Shown here in pieces: positions 53,126-61,840 of a stretch of DNA of 64,000 nt. The notes under the pieces are model-generated. The model searched no databases. It was not told where the DNA came from and worked only from the letters and a program-made list of their open reading frames with translations. Numbering within the stretch: the first letter of the stretch is position 1; every line of letters begins with the position of its first letter. The translations under genes were made by a program, and so were the position numbers. Origin of the DNA: an uncultured Actinomycetes bacterium (GTDB lineage Bacteria > Actinomycetota > Thermoleophilia > RBG-16-64-13); the NCBI GenBank assembly GCA_963706025.1, contig CAVPLM010000004.1, positions 1 to 64,000 of the forward strand, read 5' to 3'.

Positions 53126-54482
53126 ATGATGGATCTCCTTAGGGATCTTACGCCGCTGAACAGAGTGATGTGCTCCTCCGACTACGACCGCACAGTGGAT
53201 TACCTCCGTGAGTTGCTGCCTATGGCGGTCGTGGAATACCCGGACGCGGACGAGCACAACGGCTGGGTCATCCCGCCGAAGTGGGACGTTCTGGAGGCTA
53301 CCATCTGCCGGAACGGTGAGATCGTCTATGAGGGCACCAAGCATCCCCTCGGCGTGATCGCTCTCTCCGCCCCCTTCGAGGGCCGAGTGACCTTGGATAA
53401 GCTCAAGGAGCATCTTCACTACGACCACCGCTACGGCGACTCGCTCACCTTCCACTTCCGACAGCAGTTCCGCAGCTGGGATCGAGACTGGGGATTCTGC
53501 GTGCCCAAGGACCTCTACGATAGGCTCGAACCAGGGGAGTACGATGTCCGCATCTTGACACGGGAAGCGCCTGGCGTCCTCAAGGTACTGGTGGGCACCC
53601 ACCCCGGCTCGCTGCCCCACACCGTCGTCCTGTACGCGAATCTCGATCATCCCGGAGTCGCCAACGACGGGCTGGCCGGAGTCGCCGTCGGTTTCGAGGT
53701 CCTTCGGCGCTTGCAGACTCACCCGACCAAATACACCTACAAGCTGGTAATTGGGCCCGGCATCATCGGCACAGAATACTACCTTGGCAAGCTCGAATCT
53801 GAGGAGCGACGTCTCGATCCTCGAGTGCGTCTGTCTCTGGATGCTGGGTACGCGGACCCAGCTCGCGCTGCAGGACTCGCGTGAGTCGCGCTCTACTATC
53901 GAGCACGCCATCGCCAGAGCCATGGCTGATAGGCGCATATCGTTTCGTCGCGGCGATTTCGAGAGCATCATCATAAACGACGAGTACATCTGGGAAGCAT
54001 ATGGTATCCCCACCTGTTCGCTATCCCGTTTCCCGTACCCGGAGTACCACTCGTCGCGTGACGATGTCTCGATCATGAGTGAGGAGAGCCTTGAGGAGGC
54101 CGTGACGATCATCCTCGCGGCGATCCAGGATCTAGAGTCCACTCCACTGGTGGAAAAACGCTTTGACGGGACTGTCTGCCTATCAAACCCGCGCTATGAC
54201 CTGTACATCGATCCCGGCCAGGTTTCTTTTGGTCAACAGATCAGTGAGGAACAACATCAGCTCCGCCGTCTGCAGGATTTCCTTCCGTCGCTCAGGTTTC
54301 CCGTCACGGTTCGAAGTCTTGCGCTTCGTTTTGCCCTCCCCGAAGAAGCTGTGCTGGATTATCTGCGGAAATGGGAAGGCAAGGGCCTCGTAAGTCTTCG
54401 AGGGGGAGGGACGAGCGCGGACTCCAGATCGGCCACGGCGCCGCTGGCTGCGGAGGGCGACAGCGAGACGATGGCTCGGTGA
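53126..54482 (+). CDS. DUF4910/DUF2172 M28-peptidase-like protein with C-terminal HTH (frameshift near 53810)
   Basis: LTPLNR, GWVIPPKW, WGFC, DHPGVANDGLAG, YPEYHSSRDD. Confidence 0.8.
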
Positions 54483-55780
54483 AGGTGCTGTTCATCAACG
54501 ATTCGACCACAAACCCCAACTGGGGTGGGCGCGCCGCGACGATCTCGCTGAGGATGATGATCTGCCAGTCGGGCGGCACCATCTTCAGGACCATCACCAT
54601 AGAGGATATCTGTCATTCCTCCCTCGACCGTCACGTCGCCCTGGAAGCGCAGGGACCCAGCTCGAGGGAAGTCATCAAGGCTCTTGTCCCCGATTGGGCG
54701 CTGAAGCTCAGGAGGAGACTCGCGCCCGACTTTCTGAGAGCCCGCGAGGAGTCACTAATACCGAGGGAATGGGGAGACTACGACAGGTGCGCTCGCGAAG
54801 TCCTTGGCAAGACGACTCCCTGGCCCGGGCTGCTGGAAGCCATGGAGGAGTTGGACGTGGCAGTCGTCTTCGGTGACGGCGACATATACGGCAACGGCAT
54901 AGTTCCGCGCACCCTGCTTTTCCTGTCTTTCCTCATAAAGAAGCGCTTCGAAAAGCCGGTAGTCATGCTGAATCACACGGCCGATTTCGACGATCCAGAC
55001 CTTCTGGACGTGGCCAAGAGAGTCTATCCGCTGTTCGACGACGTGGTGTTCCGCGACCAGATGTCGGTGCAGCGATACATGGATTTATGCGCGGGAAGGT
55101 TCGCGCCAGACACGGCCTTCCTGTTCAAACCGGCCTCGCGGCAGACCTGGGCGCCTCTGGCGGGGCGCCCGACCTACTTCGATGTCTGGCCGGACTCTGC
55201 CTCCTTCGATCCGTCCGCGCCCTATTTGTGTGTGGGTGGTTCGTCCATTTTCGGTCCCGTGGAGAAACGGGACGCGCTCGTCACCGACTATCTCCGGTTC
55301 ATCGAGCACCTACGCGGCGTATACTCAGGACAGATCGTCCTCACTGCTTCGGACCGCACCGATCTGACCGTCTTCCGCCCGGTCTCGGCACGCTCGGATC
55401 TGCCTTTGATCGGTCCCACGATCCCGGTTCAGCAGGCGGTGGACATCCTCGGCAACGCAGATGCATACATCGGAGGCAGGTGGCATCCGGCCATCTTTGC
55501 GCTGCGGGGAGGGACGCCCGTCCTCCCTCTGTCGTCGAAGACTTTCAAGATGCAGGCACTGACCGATATGGCCGGGTTGTCATCCGCCACGTTCGGCGCC
55601 CTCGAAATGTCGGGCGAGACGAAAGCAATAGGGAGGCAGCTGCAGTCCTATTTGGAGCAGGGCGAAGACCTGAGACGCAGGCTCGACTCTTGGGCCGAGG
55701 AGATGGCGAAGAACAGTTGGGAAAACGTATCTCGCATCGGACCGACCTCTCGAAGCGTCCAAGAACCTGACCGGTTGTGA
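54479..55780 (+). CDS. Polysaccharide pyruvyl transferase family protein
   Basis: N-terminal NDS..NPNWGG, FGDGDIY, VFRDQMS, APDTAF, IGGRWHPAIFAL..GTP. Confidence 0.75.
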   Translation: MKVLFINDSTTNPNWGGRAATISLRMMICQSGGTIFRTITIEDICHSSLDRHVALEAQGPSSREVIKALVPDWALKLRRRLAPDFLRAREESLIPREWGDYDRCAREVLGKTTPWPGLLEAMEELDVAVVFGDGDIYGNGIVPRTLLFLSFLIKKRFEKPVVMLNHTADFDDPDLLDVAKRVYPLFDDVVFRDQMSVQRYMDLCAGRFAPDTAFLFKPASRQTWAPLAGRPTYFDVWPDSASFDPSAPYLCVGGSSIFGPVEKRDALVTDYLRFIEHLRGVYSGQIVLTASDRTDLTVFRPVSARSDLPLIGPTIPVQQAVDILGNADAYIGGRWHPAIFALRGGTPVLPLSSKTFKMQALTDMAGLSSATFGALEMSGETKAIGRQLQSYLEQGEDLRRRLDSWAEEMAKNSWENVSRIGPTSRSVQEPDRL

Positions 55781-55832
55781 GCGCTGCCTTGTGCAATCTG
55801 ATGCTCCTGACCGTCTGAGGGACGAGCAGAGC

Positions 55833-56900
55833 TCAGCAGGTGCGCGGCGGCTCGTCGTTATCGCTGTCGCCCAAAGTCCAATACAACGGAGCCCGAAAGA
55901 GCTGTTCCTGAACCACCGGATCGCTGGCCGTCCAGCAGAGATTGGCGTTTCGGCGTCCCAGGAAGCCAACGCGATGCAGTGAACGAACAAGCTCGGGAGC
56001 GCACGCCATGACCGTCAATTGAGTCGCTCCCTTCGCGTCCGCATCGCGCGCGATCGTTCGGAATAGGTCATTGCAGATTCCCTCATCCTTGAGATCTCCG
56101 AAGATGTCCAGGATGCGGGACCTCGACTGCCCGCCCGACATCACACACCTGACTATGGCGTAGCAGGAGGGCTTGCCTGCTCGGCCGGCGACGTAGAACG
56201 AGAGTTCGGACCGGTATGGCGCCTCAAGATAGCGCCACCGGAGGAAGTCCTCGCCTCTGACGGTTGTCACCAGGCCCGTGCTCGTGTAGTTGCGAAAGAT
56301 CCCCTCGAGAATCGCCGGATCCGGTTCGCCCATGATCTCAGTGTACCGGGGTCTGTAGTGTGCAACGCGGGACCAATACGTTCTGGCAAGTGGCGTCGCA
56401 ACTGCCGCGCCGGCCCGCAGAAGCGCTCCTGCAGGGCCTTCCGCTCGCTTGACGGCCTCGACTTCCCTGGGACGCAGAGGGAGAATGAGTACTCCGAAAT
56501 CACTTCGCACTCGACCGCCACGCTGTTTGCGGTAGATCTGGGCACTCAGATCGTTCGCGAAGGCCAAGTGGAGCTCGGTCATACCGTGGACTACGTCTGT
56601 AATGACTCGCTGCAGTCCCAGGCCGCGAAAACGAGGTGACACGTAGAGATCGACTGCCCAGAGGGCGGGTAGCTCTCGGCCCTCAACGAGACATGTCGTG
56701 GGAATGACGCCGCTGTATCCTGCGACCGAACCATCGTGCAAGATCACGAGGCGCTCAGTCCCGCGATACCACCAGTCCCCGTGCTCGATCAGAAACCGCC
56801 GCTTGGCGGGCCCGTAGGCCTCGTCAAGCATGGCGGCAAGCTCCCTGGGGTCGACCCGCGCTGCATCCACGATCTGTGTTCCCGATCCCACTGGAACCAT
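55833..56900 (-). CDS. GNAT-family acyltransferase (tandem-GNAT type)
   Basis: VDLYVSPRFRGLGL acyl-CoA motif, FAN, FLRWRY, C-terminal TLGDSD; GGAGGA RBS. Confidence 0.75.
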   Translation of the reverse strand: MVPVGSGTQIVDAARVDPRELAAMLDEAYGPAKRRFLIEHGDWWYRGTERLVILHDGSVAGYSGVIPTTCLVEGRELPALWAVDLYVSPRFRGLGLQRVITDVVHGMTELHLAFANDLSAQIYRKQRGGRVRSDFGVLILPLRPREVEAVKRAEGPAGALLRAGAAVATPLARTYWSRVAHYRPRYTEIMGEPDPAILEGIFRNYTSTGLVTTVRGEDFLRWRYLEAPYRSELSFYVAGRAGKPSCYAIVRCVMSGGQSRSRILDIFGDLKDEGICNDLFRTIARDADAKGATQLTVMACAPELVRSLHRVGFLGRRNANLCWTASDPVVQEQLFRAPLYWTLGDSDNDEPPRTC

Positions 56901-57110
56901 TCCGATCCTCCGGGTCGCTAAGGTAGCATGCCGAGAGCCGGCCCAGAAACTATGCACTGAAGCCCTTTCCGCAGTCAAGGGGCAAACTGAAGAGTAGGCC
57001 CTTCGCGGCGTGATTCTGGCGCGGAAAGAGCATGAAGGAGACGACGGTCTGCATCGCTTCGCTTCCCAGACTGCTCTCCGACGATATTCACCCTGAGTGC
57101 AACGGCTGCT

Positions 57111-57137
57111 TAAGTATCAGTGCTTCTAGGCCGATAC
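57111..57137 (+). promoter_or_regulatory. sigma28 (FliA/WhiG)-type promoter
   Basis: TAAG-N15-GCCGATAC versus consensus TAAA-N15-GCCGATAA; lies about 30 nt upstream of the riboswitch. Confidence 0.65.
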
Positions 57138-57164
57138 AAGCCTTCGACAGCACATAGCAGTTCG

Positions 57165-57248
57165 CCAGGCGCGAAAAGGCAAACCCGCCGCGAGGCGGGG
57201 ACGCAAAGCCACGGGACTCTCTCCGAGTCAGCCGGGTTACCGAAGTCT
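57165..57248 (+). ncRNA. c-di-GMP-I (GEMM) riboswitch aptamer
   Basis: AAAAGGCAAACCCGCC-GCGA-GGCGGGGACGCAAAGCCACGGGACTC-tctcc-GAGTCAGCCGGGTTACCGAA: GGCAAACC, GNRA-capped P2, GACGCAAAGC, P3 and GGGTTACC; G at the Vc2 G20-equivalent position. Confidence 0.92.
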
Positions 57249-57250
57249 CC

Positions 57251-57296
57251 AGGCCTGACCTGGGGCATCAAGCCTTCTCGGGTCAGGCCTTGTTCA
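57251..57296 (+). terminator. Terminator-like hairpin (riboswitch expression platform)
   Basis: AGGCCTGACCTGGGG...TCTCGGGTCAGGCCT stem of about 15 bp with G-U pairs, followed by TGTT, just before the GGAGG RBS. Confidence 0.65.
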
Positions 57297-57308
57297 TGGA
57301 GGCGACCG

Positions 57309-59636
57309 ATGAAACTGCAGGCTATCCTCGTGCGATTTGACGGGTCTCGTCATATCAGAGCCCCCCGACTCTTGGCGCTAGTGTTGCTGGCCCTGGTCAT
57401 GATCCTTGCCGTGGGGTCGCAGGCCGACGCTGCGACCTTCAACGTCATGGACTATGGCGCTCGCGCAGACGGCACTACCGCCGATCAGGGCGCATTCAGC
57501 AACGCCATGAACGCGGCGGTTGCTCAGGGCGGATCGGTTTACGTTCCCGCCGGGACCTATCGCTTCACTTCTTCGCTGACCCTGGTCAATGGGGCCAAGT
57601 TCGTAGGCGACGGTCCCGAAAAGAGCATCATCCTGGGGACGGAGGACTTCGGCTTCATGATGGTCGCCATCGACCGCTCTGGGATCTCCATCTCCGGTCT
57701 TGGCTTTCGTTCCCCCGCGTACGGGAACGATGTCTACGGGCTCTTCCTAAGTGGGTGCGATAGTCCGCGCCTGTCGAACCTGAAGATGACCAACCTCGAG
57801 TATGGCATCAAGACCGGCTCGGGCAACATCGGCAGGAACTACCTCTTTGAGGACATCAAGACCGCCTCTTGCATAACAGGTCTCTACATCAGCCACATAA
57901 ACGGCGGTACGTTCAACACAATGGACATCAATGCCGTCAATGTTGGTTCCAACCAGTATCACGGTATCTACATGGAGCGCGAGTGCCGTAACCTGGAGTT
58001 CAACAGTCTCAAAGCTTCAGGAGGCGGGGGGTACGCGCTTCAGATATACCTTTCCAGCGGGACTTCGAGTGGCATCACGTTCAACCGAACGACCCTCGAC
58101 GCGACCACTGGTCGGTATCCCCTGGTCATCGGCGACGGCTTCTCCAACGTTGTCTTCAAGGATCTGACACTCATCAATCCGCGCACAGACTATTACCTCA
58201 TCAAGTGGTACTCGCCCTCCAACGTGACAATCGATGGTATTACTGCCTCGGGCGGTTCGCGGTTGCACGGAACCGAAGGAGGGACGCCTACCAGTTGCGC
58301 CATCCGAAACGGCACCTACGGGGGAGCGAACATTGGGAGCGTAGGTGGGGTGATGGTCGAGAATGTGGCACTGGGCGGCGGCGCGCCATCGACCACCACG
58401 ACCACGGCGGCTCCGGCGACGACTACCACGCTGCGCCCGACCACCACGACCCTGGCACCGACCACCACAACGACCAGGCCGCCGACCACCACGACCCTAG
58501 CACCGACCACCACAACGACCAGGCCGCCGACCACCACGACCCTAGCACCGACCACCACGACCCTAGCACCGACCACCACCACCCTGGCACCGACCACCAC
58601 CACCCTGGCACCGACCACCACGACTCTGGCGCCGACAACCACGACCACGGCGCCTCCGAGGACGACTACCACTCTGCGCCCAACGACCACCACCACGTTG
58701 GCGCCGACCACCACTACTACTGTAGTGGAGCCTCCGGAGGAACAGCTGGCGGCCGGATTGGCGTTCGCGAGTCCGTCGGAGGGCGCTACTGTCTCGGGGA
58801 GGGTCCCCGTAAAGGTTTCTGTCGATTCTGGGGCAGACGTGCGCAAAGTGAGACTGTTTGTCGGGGGGAGGCTGCTGGCTAACGACTTCAGAGCCCCCTA
58901 CGCGTTCACGTGGAATACGAATTGGGTCGCGGCGGGCAACACGTACACGCTGACTGCTGTGGCATATGGCAGGACGGGTGTGGAGATCGCTCACGACAGT
59001 ATTCAGATAAAGGTCGGCGAACCCAGTCCTGCGCCCCTCAGATCATTCCGAAGCGTGCAACTAACAGCGAGCACGTTTGCGGACCTGCAGGTGGACGATC
59101 CCTATGCCGACGCGATCGGGCGCCTAGCTGAAGCCGGGGTCGTGGCAGGCTTCGAGGATGGGAGCTTCAGGTCCGGGGCGACTGTAACCAGGGCACAGCT
59201 TGCGAAGATGATGGCTCGGACACTCGGCATCGCGGATGAGGGCGTGGCGCCTCAGAATCCGTTCGAGGATCTCGGTCTCGCCGATGCCGACTCATATCCC
59301 CACAAGTACGTGGCGCTACTCCACTCGGTAGGTGCGGTCGAAGGCATACAGCCGGGCCAGTTTTCGCCATGGATGACGGCAACCAGGGCGCAAGTCGTCA
59401 CGATCATGGTGAGAGCCGTACAGACTGTCGCCCCCGGGTCTCTGGCCAAACCACCGGCAGAATATGTCAGCTCGGTGGGTACCTTCGATCCAGATCACGA
59501 TTATGCGATGGCAGTGGCGGAATACAACGGTCTGCTCGAGGGTCTCGAAGGTTATGGTCCATCGTACGAGCCATGGGCACCGGCCAGCCGTGGTGAGATC
59601 GCGCAACTGCTCTCCAACCTGGTATGCCTGAACTAG
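57309..59636 (+). CDS. Secreted beta-helix + Thr/Pro linker + Ig-like + SLH(x3) protein (paralogue 2)
   Basis: Signal ...QADA; FNVMDYGARADGTTADQ; TTTTLAP repeats; FASPSEGATVSG...APYAFTWNT...YTLTAVAY (Ig); VAGFEDGSF..VTRAQLAKM, ATRAQ, ASRGEIAQ (SLH). Confidence 0.88.
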   Translation: MKLQAILVRFDGSRHIRAPRLLALVLLALVMILAVGSQADAATFNVMDYGARADGTTADQGAFSNAMNAAVAQGGSVYVPAGTYRFTSSLTLVNGAKFVGDGPEKSIILGTEDFGFMMVAIDRSGISISGLGFRSPAYGNDVYGLFLSGCDSPRLSNLKMTNLEYGIKTGSGNIGRNYLFEDIKTASCITGLYISHINGGTFNTMDINAVNVGSNQYHGIYMERECRNLEFNSLKASGGGGYALQIYLSSGTSSGITFNRTTLDATTGRYPLVIGDGFSNVVFKDLTLINPRTDYYLIKWYSPSNVTIDGITASGGSRLHGTEGGTPTSCAIRNGTYGGANIGSVGGVMVENVALGGGAPSTTTTTAAPATTTTLRPTTTTLAPTTTTTRPPTTTTLAPTTTTTRPPTTTTLAPTTTTLAPTTTTLAPTTTTLAPTTTTLAPTTTTTAPPRTTTTLRPTTTTTLAPTTTTTVVEPPEEQLAAGLAFASPSEGATVSGRVPVKVSVDSGADVRKVRLFVGGRLLANDFRAPYAFTWNTNWVAAGNTYTLTAVAYGRTGVEIAHDSIQIKVGEPSPAPLRSFRSVQLTASTFADLQVDDPYADAIGRLAEAGVVAGFEDGSFRSGATVTRAQLAKMMARTLGIADEGVAPQNPFEDLGLADADSYPHKYVALLHSVGAVEGIQPGQFSPWMTATRAQVVTIMVRAVQTVAPGSLAKPPAEYVSSVGTFDPDHDYAMAVAEYNGLLEGLEGYGPSYEPWAPASRGEIAQLLSNLVCLN
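58391..58722 (+). repeat. Coding Thr/Pro-rich tandem repeats (21-bp GCACCGACCACCACGACCCTA/G units)
   Basis: Encodes about 110 aa of (TTTTLAP/TTTTTRPP)n. Confidence 0.9.
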
Positions 59637-59681
59637 GTCCCGGATACCATCAGAGCACTACGGAAGCCCTGTTAGAGACGT

Positions 59682-59711
59682 TGTCGCCCGGGGGTCATCC
59701 CCCCGGCGACA
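59682..59711 (+). terminator. Hairpin after SLH paralogue 2
   Basis: TGTCGCCCGGGGG-TCAT-CCCCCCGGCGACA. Confidence 0.6.
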
Positions 59712-59766
59712 GTATTCGCAGCCGGGGATCTCGCGGGTTCTGAGGGGGATTTGTCATGGCGCCGCG

Positions 59767-59793
59767 CACGGCATAGAATTCCTGTGCCGACAG
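59767..59793 (+). promoter_or_regulatory. Weaker candidate sigma28/WhiG-type promoter
   Basis: CACG-N15-GCCGACAG, after the hairpin and 30 nt before ATG 59824. Confidence 0.35.
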
Positions 59794-59823
59794 TCATGCG
59801 CCGCGGGCGCGCCAATGTGAGGA

Positions 59824-60957
59824 ATGCCGCTGCCAAGTCGCCAAAACCCGCGGGAGCGATTTCCCCGGACCGTCAAGATCGTCTTATACGCGATCGCGTT
59901 AGCAGTGTGTGCCGCCCTTCTGATTCTCGGCACAACGGAAAGCCGGCGTGTGTTCGACGTTATGGATTACGGCGCCACGGGCAATGGTGCAGCTGACGAC
60001 GCCGGCGCCATCCAAGCGGCGATCGACGACGCGGCGGCGGTGACCGGCACTGTCACCATCCCGGCAGGCACCTTTATGCTCGGCTCCCCCCTATATCCGC
60101 GAAACGGCATCAGCCTTGCTGGTACGCCGGGGCAGACGATCCTCACCATGTCGGCCCAGTCCTCCCAGACCTTCATGGTGCAGGGCAGCGACCTGAGCCA
60201 GGTGAGCTTCTCCGATCTTACCTTCCGGGGCGGTGGTTACACCCAGAACGTCAATGGTCTCTACATGGTGGGAGCGCAGAACTGTAGAGCGAGTTCGTTG
60301 CGCTTCGAGGGTCTGTACTACGGCATGAAGCTGGGTTCGGGCAACATCGGCAGCGGCTGGGTGGTAAGCGACATCGTGGCTCGGGACTGCCTGGATCCCC
60401 TCTACGCCTCCCACATCCGCGATTCCAGCTTCACCCGTCTCGATCTCCAGGCCGCGAGGATCTCGGACAACCAGGACCATACCATCTACCTGGAGCGCGA
60501 GTGCCGCAACCTTAACTTCACCGACTGCACTCTCAGCGGCGGCTCCGGTTACACCCTGCACCTCTGGGTATCGGGAGGCAGTTCCGGTGACCTCACCTTC
60601 ACGAACCTCACCTTGGACGCCCGTCCGGGGAGGTACCTGCTGGTGATCGGGACCGGGTGGTCGGACATCGTCTTCACAGACAGCACCCTGTTCGCCAATC
60701 CAGAAGGTGCGGTAGCCTCGATCTACGGGGCTTCCGACGTCACGTTCGACGGCTTTTGGGCCTCGGGAGGGGATTCGCTGGTGGGGCCTGGCGGCGCCCG
60801 ACCCGACGGAGTCGTCTTCCGTAACGGCGTCTACGTGGGGTCGGAGCTGGGCAGCGGCGCGGTATTCGAGAACGTGACGCTCGTGAGTCCCGATGGGACG
60901 CCCGGCACAACAACACAGCTAGCGTGTTCTCGGGGCGAGTCTTGCTGCCCGGCTTAG
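59824..60957 (+). CDS. Secreted or membrane-anchored beta-helix protein without SLH (paralogue 3)
   Basis: N-terminal hydrophobic segment; FDVMDYGATGNGAADDAGAIQAAIDDA; shares YGMKLGSG, NQDHTIYLEREC and GRYLLVIG with the other two. Confidence 0.85.
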   Translation: MPLPSRQNPRERFPRTVKIVLYAIALAVCAALLILGTTESRRVFDVMDYGATGNGAADDAGAIQAAIDDAAAVTGTVTIPAGTFMLGSPLYPRNGISLAGTPGQTILTMSAQSSQTFMVQGSDLSQVSFSDLTFRGGGYTQNVNGLYMVGAQNCRASSLRFEGLYYGMKLGSGNIGSGWVVSDIVARDCLDPLYASHIRDSSFTRLDLQAARISDNQDHTIYLERECRNLNFTDCTLSGGSGYTLHLWVSGGSSGDLTFTNLTLDARPGRYLLVIGTGWSDIVFTDSTLFANPEGAVASIYGASDVTFDGFWASGGDSLVGPGGARPDGVVFRNGVYVGSELGSGAVFENVTLVSPDGTPGTTTQLACSRGESCCPA

Positions 60958-60960
60958 CTC

Positions 60961-61840
60961 CTACTTGCCGGTTGACCTGACCGACCGAACGGGGAGTGGC
61001 CGTCGATGCAGGCCGCTCAGCTTCGAGGCTCCGATAGGCGGTCGACCTGGATATGCCCACCCTCGGGAGTTCAAAGGCCGGGCACTCCCACCGCGCTCGA
61101 GTCTATGGCGAAGGCCTGCGTGTATCCGGCCGCCTCGGTCTGTCGCACCACCCGCGCATCGTAGGCCCCGTGGGGATAGGCAAAACAACCGGACGGCTCT
61201 TTCCGTGACCTCCTCGAGGAAGGACTTGGAATCCCTCAGTTCTTGCTTCAGCCAAGCATCATCGCACTGGGTGAGAATAGGATGAGTCACGCCGTGAGAA
61301 CCGATGGTGATCAGGGGGTCGCCGGCGCACTGTCGGAGCTCTTCTACAGTCATGCCATCGTACCAGTCGCGCGCCACCGTGTCTGGGACGACATCCATGC
61401 TGCCCCAGACCTCCGCGGCGTGAGCGCGGACGAAGGGCAGCCAGTCGCGAGGGTCAAAAACGTGCTGAGCGCTGACGAACAGCACGGCAGGCACGCCGCG
61501 CGAACGCAGCACGGGCAGGGCGTTACGGAAATTGTTGGCGAAGCCGTCGTCGAAGGTGAGCAGCACTCCGGCTCTCTCACCGGCCAGATACTCCTCCGGG
61601 GTCAGGAATGCGAACCTCCGCCTCAACCAGTCAAGCAAGAAGGCCAGTTCACTAGAAGTCAGATGCGGTTGGGCCAGCCGGTCGATATCCGGCAGTCGGT
61701 GGGTGGAGATCCCGTGCAACAGCAGGGCGAACCTTCCTCGACTTGCGTAGACTCTCGTGGCGGCCGCGGCGATCCCTGTTGCCCGAGCAGGTTACCGATC
61801 GCGCTCCGCGCGGAGCCGTAGCTCTTTCCGTCCCTTTCAT
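60961..61840 (-). CDS. Polysaccharide deacetylase (frameshifted at both ends)
   Basis: LLLHG, LLTFDDGFANN, IGSHGVTHPIL, ELRDSK. Confidence 0.8.

Noticed and set aside
57165-57248. Possible c-GAMP (GEMM-Ib) riboswitch variant
   Set aside because: The position equivalent to Vc2 G20 is G (AAAA-G-GC-AAA), which fits c-di-GMP specificity
57120-57308. N-terminal extension of the 838-aa ORF
   Set aside because: It overlaps the promoter and riboswitch; the RBS and signal peptide support ATG 57309
58391-58722. Regular repeats resembling an array or CRISPR
   Set aside because: No unique spacers; in-frame Thr/Pro linker of the SLH protein; no cas genes
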